DNA of 64,000 nt. Source: an uncultured bacterium (GTDB taxonomy: Bacteria; DYJV01). Location of the stretch: positions 9,533 through 73,532 of the forward strand of contig CAZIZE010000009.1 in NCBI GenBank assembly GCA_964543655.1. The letters run 5' to 3'. A program made the translations under genes and the position numbers. Shown here piece by piece: positions 30,417 through 43,605 of the stretch (position 1 is the first letter of the stretch; each line of letters begins with the position of its first letter). The notes under the pieces are model-generated. The model was not told where the DNA came from. It saw only the letters and a program-made list of their open reading frames with translations, and did no database searches.

Positions 30417-30490
30417 GGTGAGTGATGGGCTTTGAACCCACGACTCCTGGAGCCACAATCCAGTGCTCTACCAACTGAGCTACACTCACC
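30417..30490 (-). tRNA. tRNA-His (anticodon GUG) with encoded G-1
   Basis: Reverse complement GGTGAGTGTAGCTCAGTTGGTAGAGCACTGGATTGTGGCTCCAGGAGTCGTGGGTTCAAAGCCCATCACTCACC. Anticodon loop TTGTGGC. An extra 5' G pairs with discriminator C, which is characteristic of tRNA-His. Confidence 0.85.
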
Positions 30491-30668
30491 TCAAGAGTAC
30501 CTGCTATTATATTATCTTTTCTAATTTGTCAACTTTATTTTTGCTACATATTAATTATGATAATAAAGAATATTTAATGTCAAATTGAAAAAAATTATAA
30601 ATTTAACTTAAATAATAGAAAATCTGAATGGTATATGAAAAGGTAAAAAGAGACTTTCTATAACAGCA

Positions 30669-33070
<2,402 letters not shown>

Positions 33071-33155
33071 TGTTTCCTCCTTATTTAGAATGGTTAAATT
33101 TATCAGAAAAAATAAAGAGGGTCAAGGTTTTAATTTATCGTCACCTATCTCATAA

Positions 33156-33575
33156 TTATTCACCAATAATTTTCACAAGCACTCTTTTCTTTCTTTGACC
33201 ATCAAATTCACCATAAAAAATCTGCTCCCAAGGGCCAAAATCGAGATTCCCATTTGTAACTGCAACAACAACTTCTCTTCCCATAAATTGTCTTTTAATA
33301 TGAGCATCACCATTGGTTTCTCCTGTCAAATTATGCCTATATCTTGAAATTGGTTGTGAAGGGATATATTTCTCAAGCCATTCTTTAAAATCTTCAATTA
33401 ATCCACTTTCATTGTCATTAATGAAAACAGAGGCAGTAATATGCATGGCATTTACAAGACATAATCCCTCTTTTATACCACTTTCTCTAACACATTTTTC
33501 AACCTGCCTTGTAATATTTATAAATTCAACTTTATTCTTTGTTTCAAACCACAATTCTTTTCTATAAGTTTTCAT
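33156..33575 (-). CDS. YjbQ/UPF0047 family protein (secondary thiamine-phosphate synthase-like)
   Basis: 139 aa with the family-typical start [22 protein letters not shown] and C-terminus [18 protein letters not shown]. Confidence 0.8.
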   Translation of the reverse strand: MKTYRKELWFETKNKVEFINITRQVEKCVRESGIKEGLCLVNAMHITASVFINDNESGLIEDFKEWLEKYIPSQPISRYRHNLTGETNGDAHIKRQFMGREVVVAVTNGNLDFGPWEQIFYGEFDGQRKKRVLVKIIGE

Positions 33576-33684
33576 TATCCCCTCCTATTTTGTTTATAAT
33601 ATAAAATTAGTTTAACTTTTACATCAAGTCAAGACAATACTAAAAAATGTTGAATCTTTAAAATAATTTTGATAATTATTATCC

Positions 33685-36288
33685 ATGAAATTAAAAAGTA
33701 AAATCATTTTAATAAACAGCTTGCTTCTTGTAATACTTACTATTACAATATATTTTATTGGCAATAAAGTTACAAATAGATTTGAAAAATTCTTTAAACA
33801 GGAAACAGAAAGTATTTTCTTTGTAATACAAGCACTAATAAATAAAGATATTGACAACATAAAATTAGCACTAAATAACATATATTCTGATACTAATTTA
33901 AAGTTAACCTTTTTTTTGAAAGATAAAAATAAACTTGCTGAATTTGCTGAAAATAAAGTTATACAATTTAACTTGTATGCAATTATTTTTCTGAATTCTG
34001 ATAAATCTTTATATGGATTTTATTCTTTAGAGCCTATTAACAGAGCAACTCAAAAAAAAATCCTTTTAAAAATCAGACATTTTAGTGCAGAGAAAAATGA
34101 TTTTTATTTTAATATTAATAATAAGTTATACTTTGCAGTGGTAGAGCCAGTTTACAACAAATACACATCAAATAATTTTAAAATTGGTTACATAGGTATT
34201 ATTCAACCATTTCCATCTTACTCTTTTTTTAATGATATTCTGCTAATTGGCCACAATGAAATATATTGTGGATTATGGCAAAATAATAAATTGTTAGGTG
34301 CAAATTATCATCTTTTTTATTCTAAAATTTATAAAAAATCCCCACCTAAAAGACCTACAAGAAATATTACCCTTGAAAAAGGTGAAAAATATTATTGCTA
34401 TAATTTTCCTTTAAGATTGTTAGACACTATGAGTTTTAATAATAAATCAATAAAACTTGAAGTAGTTAGGAATATTGATCAACTTCAGTATAATATTCAG
34501 AAGATTACACGAACAATGACCGTTCTAATAATTTTTACATGTTTAATATTTTTTGCTATAATGTTGGGTATTTCTTACGATATTCTGATTCCAGTAAAAA
34601 AATTAATCAATCTTTCAGATGAAATTATCAATAAAGATACTGTACCTGAGTTAAAAACCAAAAGAAAAGACGAACTTGGAGAATTGCTAAATAGCATTGT
34701 TGAGATGGCTCATAAATTAAACAATGAACGGCTTAAAGCCATAAAAGCAAACAAGGCAAAATCAGAATTTTTATCAAATATGAGCCATGAAATCAGGACT
34801 CCTTTAAATGCAATTCTTGGCTTTGCCCAGATTTTGGAAGGTTTTGAAAGTCTTGATAAATCTCAAAAGCAGTATGTAAAATATATACTTGAAGCAGGAG
34901 AGCATCTTTTGCAACTTATTAATGATATTTTAGATATTTCCAAAATAGAAAGTGGCAGTCTTGAACTTGAAGAAATAGAGATAAATTTAGAAGAACTTAT
35001 TGAGGAAGTTTGCAAAATTATCAGAGCCAAGATAAAACAGAACGTGGATTATATTCTTAATATTGATGAAAATTTACCTGTTGTATTAGGTGACCCTTTA
35101 AGAATCAAACAGATATTTTTAAATCTACTTAATAATGCCAATAAATTCACAGAAAAAGGTTTTATAGAATTGGGCGCAAAAAAGAAAAGTGATAAAGCAC
35201 AGTTTTGTGAAATTTTATTTTATGTAAAAGATACTGGAAAAGGAATTGCAAAGGAGAATATTAATAAAATTTTTCAAAGTTTTTCTCAGGAAGATTCCTC
35301 TATTAGCAGAAAATATGGTGGTACTGGGCTTGGACTTACAATTACAAAGAAACTTATTGAAGCAATGGATGGTAAAATATGGGTTGAAAGTGAAGTTGGT
35401 AAAGGGACAACCTTTTATTTTACCCTTAATTTAAAGAAATCTTCAGAATTGGCACAAAGATTAAAAAGCAGATTTGAATTAGTTAATGGAGAAAATTTAA
35501 AAGATAAAAGCTTTGCTTTAATTGATGACATACCTGCAAATTTAAAAGTTTTAAAGAAAATTTTATTAAATTATACAAATAAAATTCAAACATTTAGAGA
35601 CCCAAATGAATTTAAAAAATTAATTTACACAAATCAGATAAAAAATTTTGATGTAATTATAACTGATATTAGAATGCCTAATTTAAATGGAATAGAATTA
35701 GCAAGATTAATAAAAAAATATAATAAAGAAATTATTGTTATTGGGCTATCATCTGATATGGTAACGTTAAAAGATAAAAAGATTTTTGATGCACTGATTT
35801 TAAAGCCTATTTTAAAAAATGAGCTATTGGGCATACTTTCTCAATTAATTTCAAATATTGATAAAAAAGTTAAAGTAAAAAAAACTATTAAAGATTCAGA
35901 ATTAAAAAATTTAAAAATCCTTGTTGCAGAAGATAACAAATTAAATCAGCAGGTTATTAAAAATTTTCTAAAAAAATTAGGTTATAATAATTTTAAAATA
36001 GTGGAAAATGGTAAAATTGCTGTAGAGGAAGTTCATAAAGAGAATTATGATGTAGTGCTAATGGATATAAATATGCCTGTAATGGATGGACTTGAAGCAA
36101 CAAGGTTAATAAAAAAAGATTTTCCAGATATTCCTATATTTGCATTAACTGCCAATGTAATGATGGAGGATAGAATAGTATATAAAAACGCAGGAATGGA
36201 AAAATTTATTCCAAAACCTTTTAAACTCGAAAAATTAAAAGAAGCCCTTGAAACTGTTTCAATGGAAAAAAATGAAGATGATTTTTAA
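33685..36288 (+). CDS. Hybrid sensor histidine kinase with two C-terminal receiver domains
   Basis: N-terminal TM plus periplasmic sensor, second TM, H-box SHEIRTPLNAILGF, HATPase_c N/G boxes (LLNNANKFT, GGTGLGLTI). Two REC domains (DDIPANL...IITDIRMP, ILVAEDNKLNQ...VLMDINMP). Confidence 0.8.
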   Translation: MKLKSKIILINSLLLVILTITIYFIGNKVTNRFEKFFKQETESIFFVIQALINKDIDNIKLALNNIYSDTNLKLTFFLKDKNKLAEFAENKVIQFNLYAIIFLNSDKSLYGFYSLEPINRATQKKILLKIRHFSAEKNDFYFNINNKLYFAVVEPVYNKYTSNNFKIGYIGIIQPFPSYSFFNDILLIGHNEIYCGLWQNNKLLGANYHLFYSKIYKKSPPKRPTRNITLEKGEKYYCYNFPLRLLDTMSFNNKSIKLEVVRNIDQLQYNIQKITRTMTVLIIFTCLIFFAIMLGISYDILIPVKKLINLSDEIINKDTVPELKTKRKDELGELLNSIVEMAHKLNNERLKAIKANKAKSEFLSNMSHEIRTPLNAILGFAQILEGFESLDKSQKQYVKYILEAGEHLLQLINDILDISKIESGSLELEEIEINLEELIEEVCKIIRAKIKQNVDYILNIDENLPVVLGDPLRIKQIFLNLLNNANKFTEKGFIELGAKKKSDKAQFCEILFYVKDTGKGIAKENINKIFQSFSQEDSSISRKYGGTGLGLTITKKLIEAMDGKIWVESEVGKGTTFYFTLNLKKSSELAQRLKSRFELVNGENLKDKSFALIDDIPANLKVLKKILLNYTNKIQTFRDPNEFKKLIYTNQIKNFDVIITDIRMPNLNGIELARLIKKYNKEIIVIGLSSDMVTLKDKKIFDALILKPILKNELLGILSQLISNIDKKVKVKKTIKDSELKNLKILVAEDNKLNQQVIKNFLKKLGYNNFKIVENGKIAVEEVHKENYDVVLMDINMPVMDGLEATRLIKKDFPDIPIFALTANVMMEDRIVYKNAGMEKFIPKPFKLEKLKEALETVSMEKNEDDF

Positions 36289-36387
36289 GAAACTTTCTCT
36301 ATATCATATCATCAATTATTTTTCCATTAACTAATTTAAGGTACATTGATAGTGATATTAAAAAGTTCCTTTATAACATAACAAAAT

Positions 36388-36415
36388 ACCCCCCTCAAAA
36401 AGGGGGCTTTATTTT
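36388..36415. terminator. Bidirectional intrinsic terminator (CCCCC-tcaaaaa-GGGGG)
   Basis: GC stem with T-run on the + strand (cttTATTTTT), ending the kinase gene. On the - strand it is followed by U-rich sequence downstream of the 97-aa ORF. Confidence 0.6.
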
Positions 36416-36708
36416 TAAAATATCAATTTATCAGTTGTGTAAATTAGTGAACTATTATCCAATTTGAAACCGTAATAAAAGTCAAATGTTCCAGATAAAT
36501 TTGTTAAATCAAGAGAATCTGTAATAATTGGAAAAGTAATAGTATCTCCATTTAAAGTCTCAGTAGAAAATTGAATTAATGGCTCACCTGGTTTCCATTC
36601 CTGAAACTTATTTGGAGCTGTTAATATATAATATTTATTCAAATCTTCTGCATATAATATAGCAAATAATTCTGCTGTTGTATTATCATACTCCTCTGTT
36701 AAGGTCAT
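36415..36708 (-). CDS. Hypothetical small protein (97 aa)
   Basis: ORF only. No recognisable motif. Lies directly downstream of the chemoreceptor gene. Confidence 0.35.
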   Translation of the reverse strand: MTLTEEYDNTTAELFAILYAEDLNKYYILTAPNKFQEWKPGEPLIQFSTETLNGDTITFPIITDSLDLTNLSGTFDFYYGFKLDNSSLIYTTDKLIF

Positions 36709-36721
36709 AGCTTTATGAATT

Positions 36722-36737
36722 TCGACAATTTTGTCGA
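36722..36737. promoter_or_regulatory. Perfect palindrome TCGACAATTTTGTCGA (operator-like)
   Basis: 16-bp perfect inverted repeat 17 nt upstream of the 97-aa ORF start, flanked by a further CGACAAAAATG direct repeat. Confidence 0.3.
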
Positions 36738-36773
36738 TTTTGCAAACATTTTTGTCGGATATTATTGCTAACC

Positions 36774-39700
36774 CTATTTTTTTACTTCAACAATCCCATT
36801 TATTTCAATTTGAAGCTGTGAAAGTAACTTTCCAAGTTTCTCACTTAAAGATTTGGCTTCTTCTATATATTTATCTCTTTTTTCGAAATTCCCACTATTA
36901 TGCTCTTTTACGGCACGAGCAATCAAATTATGCACCTCTTTATGTAACTCTTCAATTTCTCTGTAAGATTTTATTTCAGAATATTTCTGGCCAGAACCGT
37001 AATACCATTTTCCAAAATTACAATTTTGAAAACTAACTATTATATTTTCAGAAACTTTTTCATTTGTGGAAAATAGTTCTCTTTCTATATTAGCTATATA
37101 TATTTTATGATGGCCAAGAGCTTCTTTTAAAATAAACTCATCTCTTAATTTAAACATTTCTAAAGCATCTGAAAGCTGATCAGTTGATATGTTAATATCT
37201 TCAATTGTATCTACAACATTGGCAACTATTTCAATACTTGAATCATTTGAGGTATTAAGTTTATTAACAGCCTCCACTGTTTTTTCTACAACTTCTACCT
37301 GCTCATTAGCAGCTACTGATGAATGTTCTATTTGAATATTAACAGATTCTATAGCTTCTATTACTTTCTGTACTGCTTCTCTATTTTTTTGCATTGCAAT
37401 ATTGGTATCATTTACTTTATTTGCTGTTTCAACACCGAGGCTTTTTATATTTTCAGATTGCTCTTTTTGTGATATTCCCATCTCTTTGACTTCATTAACA
37501 AAATTAGTCACTTCTGATACATTGTTAGAAATTAAGTTTCCAGATTCTTCAAGCTCTTTTAAAGCATTTACTATCCCATTAACACTATCAGTAGCTTTTG
37601 ATACACTTTCTACTATCTGAACACTTACCTCTGCCTGCTCTGAAAGTGCATTTCTTATTTGAATCATTAAATTATTTGTATTTTCACTTGCACTGATAAT
37701 CTCTTCTGTGGCAACTTTGGTTGCATCGGCAAGCACTGTACCTTTTTCCACTTCCTCAATACTCTGCTCTGTAATTTGGGTAGATTTTTCAATTTTATTT
37801 TGAATCTCTTTTAATAGTTCCCCTATTTCTTTAGTTGCCTGAGCACTTCTCTCTGCAAGTTTTCTAACCTCATCTGCAACAACGGCAAACCCCTTTCCAT
37901 GCTCACCAGCTCTTGCTGCTTCTATTGCCGCATTTAACGCAAGCAGTTAGCTTGATCGCTAATCTCATCAATAGTAACAGTTATTTCACCTATATTCTGT
38001 GCCATACCACTTAATTCAGAAATTTCTCTTCCAACATTTGACACATAGCTCTTTATTGAATCTACAGCATTGAGTAGTTCTTGTAACTTGTCCATTCCTT
38101 CATTTGCTTTTTGTAAAGTTTCTTCACTTAATTCTTTTGCATTCTCTGCATTTGAGGAAACATTGTCAATATTTGCAGATTGCTCATTAACAGCACTTGA
38201 AATAGATTCTATTTCATTAAATACATTATCAGCAAGTTTATTTGTATCATTTATTTTATATTTCATAACTTCCACTGTATTGAAAATTTCATTAACTCTA
38301 TCAGACACTTGCTCAATATTTAATGCAATATCTTCAATTCCTATTGCTATAGCTTCAATTTCTTTTGCAGTTGAAGACACACTTTCAGTAGCAAAATGCA
38401 TAGATTCTGTAACTTGCTCAGTAATAGCTGTCATTTCGTTACCAATTGAAAGCACTTCTCTATTTTTTTCCTTTATATTTTCAATACTATTTGAAACTTC
38501 TTTAATTGATGATAACAGCTCTTCAATAGAACTTGAAACATTATTTAGTTCTTCTTTAATAATTGTTGAGGAGTTTTGAAGCTTACCAGATAAAATTTCA
38601 GAATTAAGTACATTAATTTTTACATCTTTTCCAAGAAGCCTAACATCACCTATTTTGTCATGAAGAATTTCAACAAATTTATTAAATGCAAGGGCAAGCT
38701 CCCCCACTTCATCTTGTGATTTTACAATAAGTCTATGGGACAAATTTGCATCGCCAGATGAAAAAAGCTTTAGCTGCTCTGTAACTATACTAATTTGCTT
38801 GGTTATTAATTTTATTAAAAAAATTAAGATGATTAACGCAATAATCATTAATGGCACAACAAAAGTTATAAGTTTTACCAGAGTTGAATGGATTGCTGAT
38901 AAAATTTTAACTGGCTTAAAATAGTAGCAAATGGAACCCACTATTTTACCACTAAAATCCTTTACAGGGAAAAAAGAGTATGATGATAAATCTTTGTTGT
39001 AAAATATTTTATACGTTTTCATGCCCTCTGATATTTCACTTTTACTTAATTTTTTAAAAATATTACTATTGGTGGAGCTAACAAGTACATATCCTGATAC
39101 CATTGGCTTAGTAGATAACTTTGTGGCTATTTTTAAATATTCAGGCTTCATAAAGATTGCAAAATCTTCATTTATAGATGTTTTTAATTTTAAAAACAGT
39201 TCATTAAAAGGTATTAATACTTCAACAGAGCCAAGATAATTTCCATTATCATCTATTATTGGGGAAATTCCTCTTAAAACAAGCCCTCCTCTACCTATTT
39301 CTATACCTTTTACAGGACGATGAGTTTCAAATACTTTGAGAACAGATTTTCTAAAAGAACTGATATCATCACCTCCATCTTTTTGGCCAGGTTTACGCCA
39401 TATTCTTAAAAAACTAATTGCTGGTGGTTTATGAAAATGTACCTTTAATACAGGTAAATTATCTTCTTTTTTTATATTTTCAATAATTGGTGTAGCTACT
39501 TTTCTTAAATAATTTCTACCCTCACTTTCTTGCATCTTATACGCTTTGTAAAATGGCTTATATTTTGCAAGTGCACTGCTGAGAAAAAGAGCTTTGTTGA
39601 TTATCTCTTTCTCCAATTTTACATAAGAATCTCTTGTTTTTAAAACAAAATCTTTTATTAGAAATTTTGTAAGGATTTTATTATCATGCTTATATATCAA

Positions 39701-39781
39701 TAAGAAAATAATACCTATTATTATAAATATCAAAGTTATAGTTGAAATAATTTTCTGGTAGAGCTTCATTTTAGACCACAT
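36774..39781 (-). pseudogene. Methyl-accepting chemotaxis protein (double-Cache sensor, HAMP, MA domain, C-terminal CZB zinc-binding domain) interrupted by a 1-nt frameshift
   Basis: Two fragments, 39781->37934 (615 aa) and 37751->36774 (325 aa). Fragment 1 ends ...[11 protein letters not shown]. Frame +1 continues [34 protein letters not shown], the universal MCP hairpin-tip signature. C-terminus has the CZB motif [10 protein letters not shown]...CNFGKWYYG...HKEVHNLI. Confidence 0.7.
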
Positions 39782-39935
39782 CAGTTCCTCCTTATAATTT
39801 TTTTATAATCTTTTATTAAAAAGCGTTAAAAAATTTGCAGAAATAAAAATGATTATGAATAGTTTATTTAACTATATACAACAATCTAATAAAAATATCA
39901 TAAAATTTCAATAAAAATTTCTCTCTAAATTTTTA

Positions 39936-39964
39936 TTGACTTTTTAGATAGTTATGTATATAGA
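39936..39964 (+). promoter_or_regulatory. Putative sigma70 promoter of rpsU
   Basis: TTGACT at 39936-39941, 15-17 nt spacer, then TATATA/TATAGA. GAAGGGGGG RBS before the GTG start. Confidence 0.35.
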
Positions 39965-39996
39965 ATAGTAAGTTCAAATTGAAGGGGGGTGTTTGG

Positions 39997-40206
39997 GTGA
40001 CTGGTATTTATGTTAATGAAAATGAACCTATAGATATTGCTCTGAAGAAATTTAAAAAAGTGTGTGAAAGAGAGGGCATACTCACGGAGCTTAAAAAAAG
40101 AGAATTTTATGAAAAACCAAGTATTAAAAGGAAAAAGAAAGCTATAGCAGCAAGAAAAAGACTTCTTAAAAAACTTAAGAAGCTTGCCATGAGAGGTGAG
40201 ATTTAA
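39997..40206 (+). CDS. rpsU: 30S ribosomal protein S21
   Basis: [41 protein letters not shown] parallels E. coli S21 ([41 protein letters not shown]). GTG start at 39997 with RBS preferred over the upstream TTG. Confidence 0.85.
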   Translation: MTGIYVNENEPIDIALKKFKKVCEREGILTELKKREFYEKPSIKRKKKAIAARKRLLKKLKKLAMRGEI

Positions 40207-40650
40207 ATGTCTTTAAAAGACAGATTACAAGCAGAATTAAAAGATGCATTAAAATCAAAAAATAAAATAAAGCTTGAAACAATCAGGTCAATTATTAATG
40301 CTGTTAAAAATCAAGAGATTAATAATAAAACAGACCTTAATGATGAAGCTATTGAAAAGATTATTACTACTCTTGTAAAACAGCATAAAGATTCTATTGA
40401 ACAGTTTAAAAAAGGCGGTAGAGAAGACCTTGTAAAAAAAGAAGAGCAGGAATTAGAAATTTTAATGCAATTTTTACCAGAACAGTTAAGTGAAGATGAA
40501 ATTAGAGAAATTGTACAAAAAACAATAGCAGAGATAGGCGCATCTTCAACAAAAGATATTGGTAAAGTTATGAAAGCTGTTATGCCCAAGCTTCAAAATA
40601 GGGCTGAGGGTAAGTTAGTTAATCAAATAGTCAGAGAAAGCTTATCTTAA
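40207..40650 (+). CDS. GatB/YqeY domain protein
   Basis: 147 aa with the family-typical N-terminus MSLKDRLQAELKDALKSKNKIKLETIRSIINAVKN. Immediately follows rpsU. Confidence 0.8.
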   Translation: MSLKDRLQAELKDALKSKNKIKLETIRSIINAVKNQEINNKTDLNDEAIEKIITTLVKQHKDSIEQFKKGGREDLVKKEEQELEILMQFLPEQLSEDEIREIVQKTIAEIGASSTKDIGKVMKAVMPKLQNRAEGKLVNQIVRESLS

Positions 40651-40654
40651 CATA

Positions 40655-40680
40655 AGGGGAGGGTTACCTTCCCTTTTTTT
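40655..40680 (+). terminator. Rho-independent terminator after yqeY (convergent with ftsK)
   Basis: AGGGGAGG-gtta-CCTTCCCT (8 bp, one G.U) followed by TTTTTTT. Confidence 0.6.
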
Positions 40681-42838
40681 ATCTTTTCACCAATACTCTT
40701 CTTGGTTTACTACCATCAGGAGGACTTACAATTCCATCCTCTTCCATTTTTTCAATATAGGTAGCTGCTTTATTATAGCCAATTTTAAACCGTCTCTGTA
40801 TCATTGAAATCGATACTGTTTCAAGAGTCTTCACAAATCCAAGTATATCGTTGTACAGAGGGTCATCTGAATTCTCATTACCAATGTAATAGCCATTTTT
40901 GATTTTTTTAGCTTCATCTGGGTCATAATTTAAAATTTCTTCTTCCATATATTGAGGTATAGCTAAATCTTTTAGGTAATTGGTAACATTGGTTATTTCA
41001 TTATTTGTAATAAATGCTCCCTGCAACCTAACTGGTGATGATGCACCTGGTGGAATAAATAGCATATCACCAAGACCAAGAAGTGACTCTGCACCCATTG
41101 AATCGAGAATAGTCCTCGAATCAGCTCTTGATGTTACTTTAAAAGCTATTCGAGATGGTAGATTATTCTTGATTACACCTGTTATAATATCAACAGATGG
41201 CCTTTGAGTAGCCAGTATTACATGTATTCCTGCTGCCCTTGCTTTCTGGGTAAGTCTTGCTATTGAAGTTTCTATATCCTTTGGTGCAATCATCATTAAA
41301 TCAGCCAGCTCATCTATGATTATCACTATAAATGGTAGTTTCTCCTTTTTATCTTTTATTTTCGCATTGTACTCATTAATATCTCTAACCTCTGCTTCAG
41401 CAAGTAATTCATATCTCCTATCCATTTCACCAATTGCCCATTTTAAAGATATAGCAGCCTTTTCAGGATCTGTAATTACTGGTAGTAATAGATGTGGTAT
41501 CCCATTGTAGATTGAAAGCTCCAAAATTTTTGGGTCAACAAGGATAAATTTCACCTCTTCATATGTTGCTCTAAAAAGTATGCTCATCATTATTGTATTT
41601 ATACATACACTTTTTCCAGAACCAGTGGAGCCAGCTACAAGAAGATGTGGCATTTTAGCAAGATCAGATATATATGGAGTACCATCTATTGTCTTGCCAA
41701 GTGCAAGTGTAAGAAGCGATTTGGAATTTTTAAATTGCTCTGATTTTATAATATCTTTGAAATAAACATGCTCTCTCTTTTCATTTGGTATTTCAATACC
41801 AACAACCTCTTTACCAGGGATTGGAGCAACAATCCTAACAGAAAGTGCTTTAAGAGCCATAGTTAAATCATTGGCAAGTGAGGTAATTTTGCTCAGTTTA
41901 ATTCCAGGTGATGGTTTAAATTCAAAAAGAGTAACAACAGGCCCTGTTATAATATTAACAACTTCTCCTGTTATTCCAAAATCATTAAATTTTTCAAGAA
42001 GAACTTCTTTTTTCTGCTCAAGATACTCTTTTTCTATTTTATTGGTTTTAGCAGGTGGATCAGGTATTAGTTCAAGTGGCGGATAAATTTCTTTACTCTT
42101 TTTCTCCTTTTGTTCTTTCTTTTCAAATTCTCTTTTTTTACTTTTTTTCCTTTTCTCATTTTTGGTACTAAATTTAACTTTAGGCTTTTCTTTTAACTCT
42201 TTTGAAAATAATCCTTTTATTTTTTTAAAAAGTAAAGGTATGTAAAATTTCACTTTTAAAACAATATATTTACAAACTTCGCTAATAAAAGTAATAATAT
42301 TTGTTATAAATTTTAACAGGGAAAATTCAAAAGTTGTAATAAGTAAGATTATAAAAAGCAAAACAGATAGGATTGCTGTACCTGTAACTTTTAAATAAGT
42401 AACAAAAAAATCGTATATCATACCACCTAAAACACCACCTGAGAGGATAATGCCTTTTCTAAAATTAATTGAGTGAGGATAAATTGTGTAAATAAGAAAA
42501 GAAAAGGTAAGTATGAAGAATAAAAAAGAAATTATATTTTTTAAAGTAACAGCACCTTTTCTGAAAATTTTAATTACATAGATAAATATAAAAATAGGTA
42601 AAAAAATAGCTCCAATGCCCAATGACTGCACAAGAATATCTGAAGTATAAGAACCAAATTTACCACAGATATTTTTGGGATGTAAATTACCAGGAGCAGT
42701 TGTAATAGATGGGTCTGTTGGATGATAGGAAATAATACTTAAAAAGAGTAGTATAAGTAACCCTGCTATTATCCAGATAATAAACTCTTTTTTAAGGTCA
42801 ATCTCTTTTATTTTGGTTAAAATTTGATTAAAGAACAT
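40679..42838 (-). CDS. ftsK: DNA translocase FtsK/SpoIIIE
   Basis: N-terminal multi-TM region, Lys/Glu-rich linker, Walker A VAGSTGSGKS, and C-terminal gamma winged helix (SISMIQRRFKIGYNKAATYIEKMEEDGIV). Confidence 0.9.
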   Translation of the reverse strand: MFFNQILTKIKEIDLKKEFIIWIIAGLLILLFLSIISYHPTDPSITTAPGNLHPKNICGKFGSYTSDILVQSLGIGAIFLPIFIFIYVIKIFRKGAVTLKNIISFLFFILTFSFLIYTIYPHSINFRKGIILSGGVLGGMIYDFFVTYLKVTGTAILSVLLFIILLITTFEFSLLKFITNIITFISEVCKYIVLKVKFYIPLLFKKIKGLFSKELKEKPKVKFSTKNEKRKKSKKREFEKKEQKEKKSKEIYPPLELIPDPPAKTNKIEKEYLEQKKEVLLEKFNDFGITGEVVNIITGPVVTLFEFKPSPGIKLSKITSLANDLTMALKALSVRIVAPIPGKEVVGIEIPNEKREHVYFKDIIKSEQFKNSKSLLTLALGKTIDGTPYISDLAKMPHLLVAGSTGSGKSVCINTIMMSILFRATYEEVKFILVDPKILELSIYNGIPHLLLPVITDPEKAAISLKWAIGEMDRRYELLAEAEVRDINEYNAKIKDKKEKLPFIVIIIDELADLMMIAPKDIETSIARLTQKARAAGIHVILATQRPSVDIITGVIKNNLPSRIAFKVTSRADSRTILDSMGAESLLGLGDMLFIPPGASSPVRLQGAFITNNEITNVTNYLKDLAIPQYMEEEILNYDPDEAKKIKNGYYIGNENSDDPLYNDILGFVKTLETVSISMIQRRFKIGYNKAATYIEKMEEDGIVSPPDGSKPRRVLVKR

Positions 42839-42841
42839 AAG

Positions 42842-43603
42842 CTATAAAATAAAAAAAGTTAAAATTGCCACTGCCCAGCAGTAGAAAGCAAAATATTTTA
42901 GATTTTTTGATTTAATTATAACTGTTAACATTTTTAAAGAAATTAGCCCTGTAATAAATGCAGCAAAAAAACCAGCAATGTATGGAATAACCTGATTAGA
43001 AGGAACTTTCTGAAAATCATCAATACTTAAAATAACAGCACCAACTATTGCTGGAATTGAAAGAATAAATGAAAATTCAGTGGCTGCTTCCCTGTTGATT
43101 TTTCTAAAAATAGCAGCTGTAATTGTAGAGCCTGACCTTGAAACCCCGGGTGTAATTGAAACAGCCTGAAAAATTCCAATTATTACAGCATCAAGTATGG
43201 TAATATCATTGTCAGACTTGTAAGTGTAACTTATTTTATCTGATAAAAAGAGTAATACTCCAGTAAAAATTAAAGAGAAACTTACCAGTTTAACATTTGT
43301 AAAAACAGCTTCAATTTGATCTTTAAATAAAACTCCTATCACAGCAGCTGGTATGGTGGCAACGATTATTAGAAAAACATATTTAAAGTTTCTTTCAAAT
43401 AAAATTCTTTTAATTTTTTTATTAAAATATATTACCACTGAAAAGAGAGTGGCAAGGTGTATTAATATATCAAAAGAGATTCCTGCCTGATTAAAGCCCT
43501 TAAAAAGATGCTGAAGTATTACAAGATGTCCTGAGCTACTAACTGGCAAAAACTCTGTTAATCCTTGCACAACTCCTAAAATAATAGTTTGGCCACTACC
43601 CAT
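42842..43603 (-). CDS. uppP: Undecaprenyl-diphosphatase
   Basis: GVVQGLTEFLPVSSSGHLVI (BacA/UppP signature), 253 aa polytopic membrane protein. Confidence 0.9.
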   Translation of the reverse strand: MGSGQTIILGVVQGLTEFLPVSSSGHLVILQHLFKGFNQAGISFDILIHLATLFSVVIYFNKKIKRILFERNFKYVFLIIVATIPAAVIGVLFKDQIEAVFTNVKLVSFSLIFTGVLLFLSDKISYTYKSDNDITILDAVIIGIFQAVSITPGVSRSGSTITAAIFRKINREAATEFSFILSIPAIVGAVILSIDDFQKVPSNQVIPYIAGFFAAFITGLISLKMLTVIIKSKNLKYFAFYCWAVAILTFFIL

Positions 43604-43605
43604 TA

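Noticed and set aside
36774-39781. Two independent MCP genes
   Set aside because: The downstream ORF lacks an N-terminus or sensor of its own, and its reading frame is open back to the frameshift point. The fused translation recreates the continuous MCP hairpin-tip motif. So this is one gene with a frameshift.
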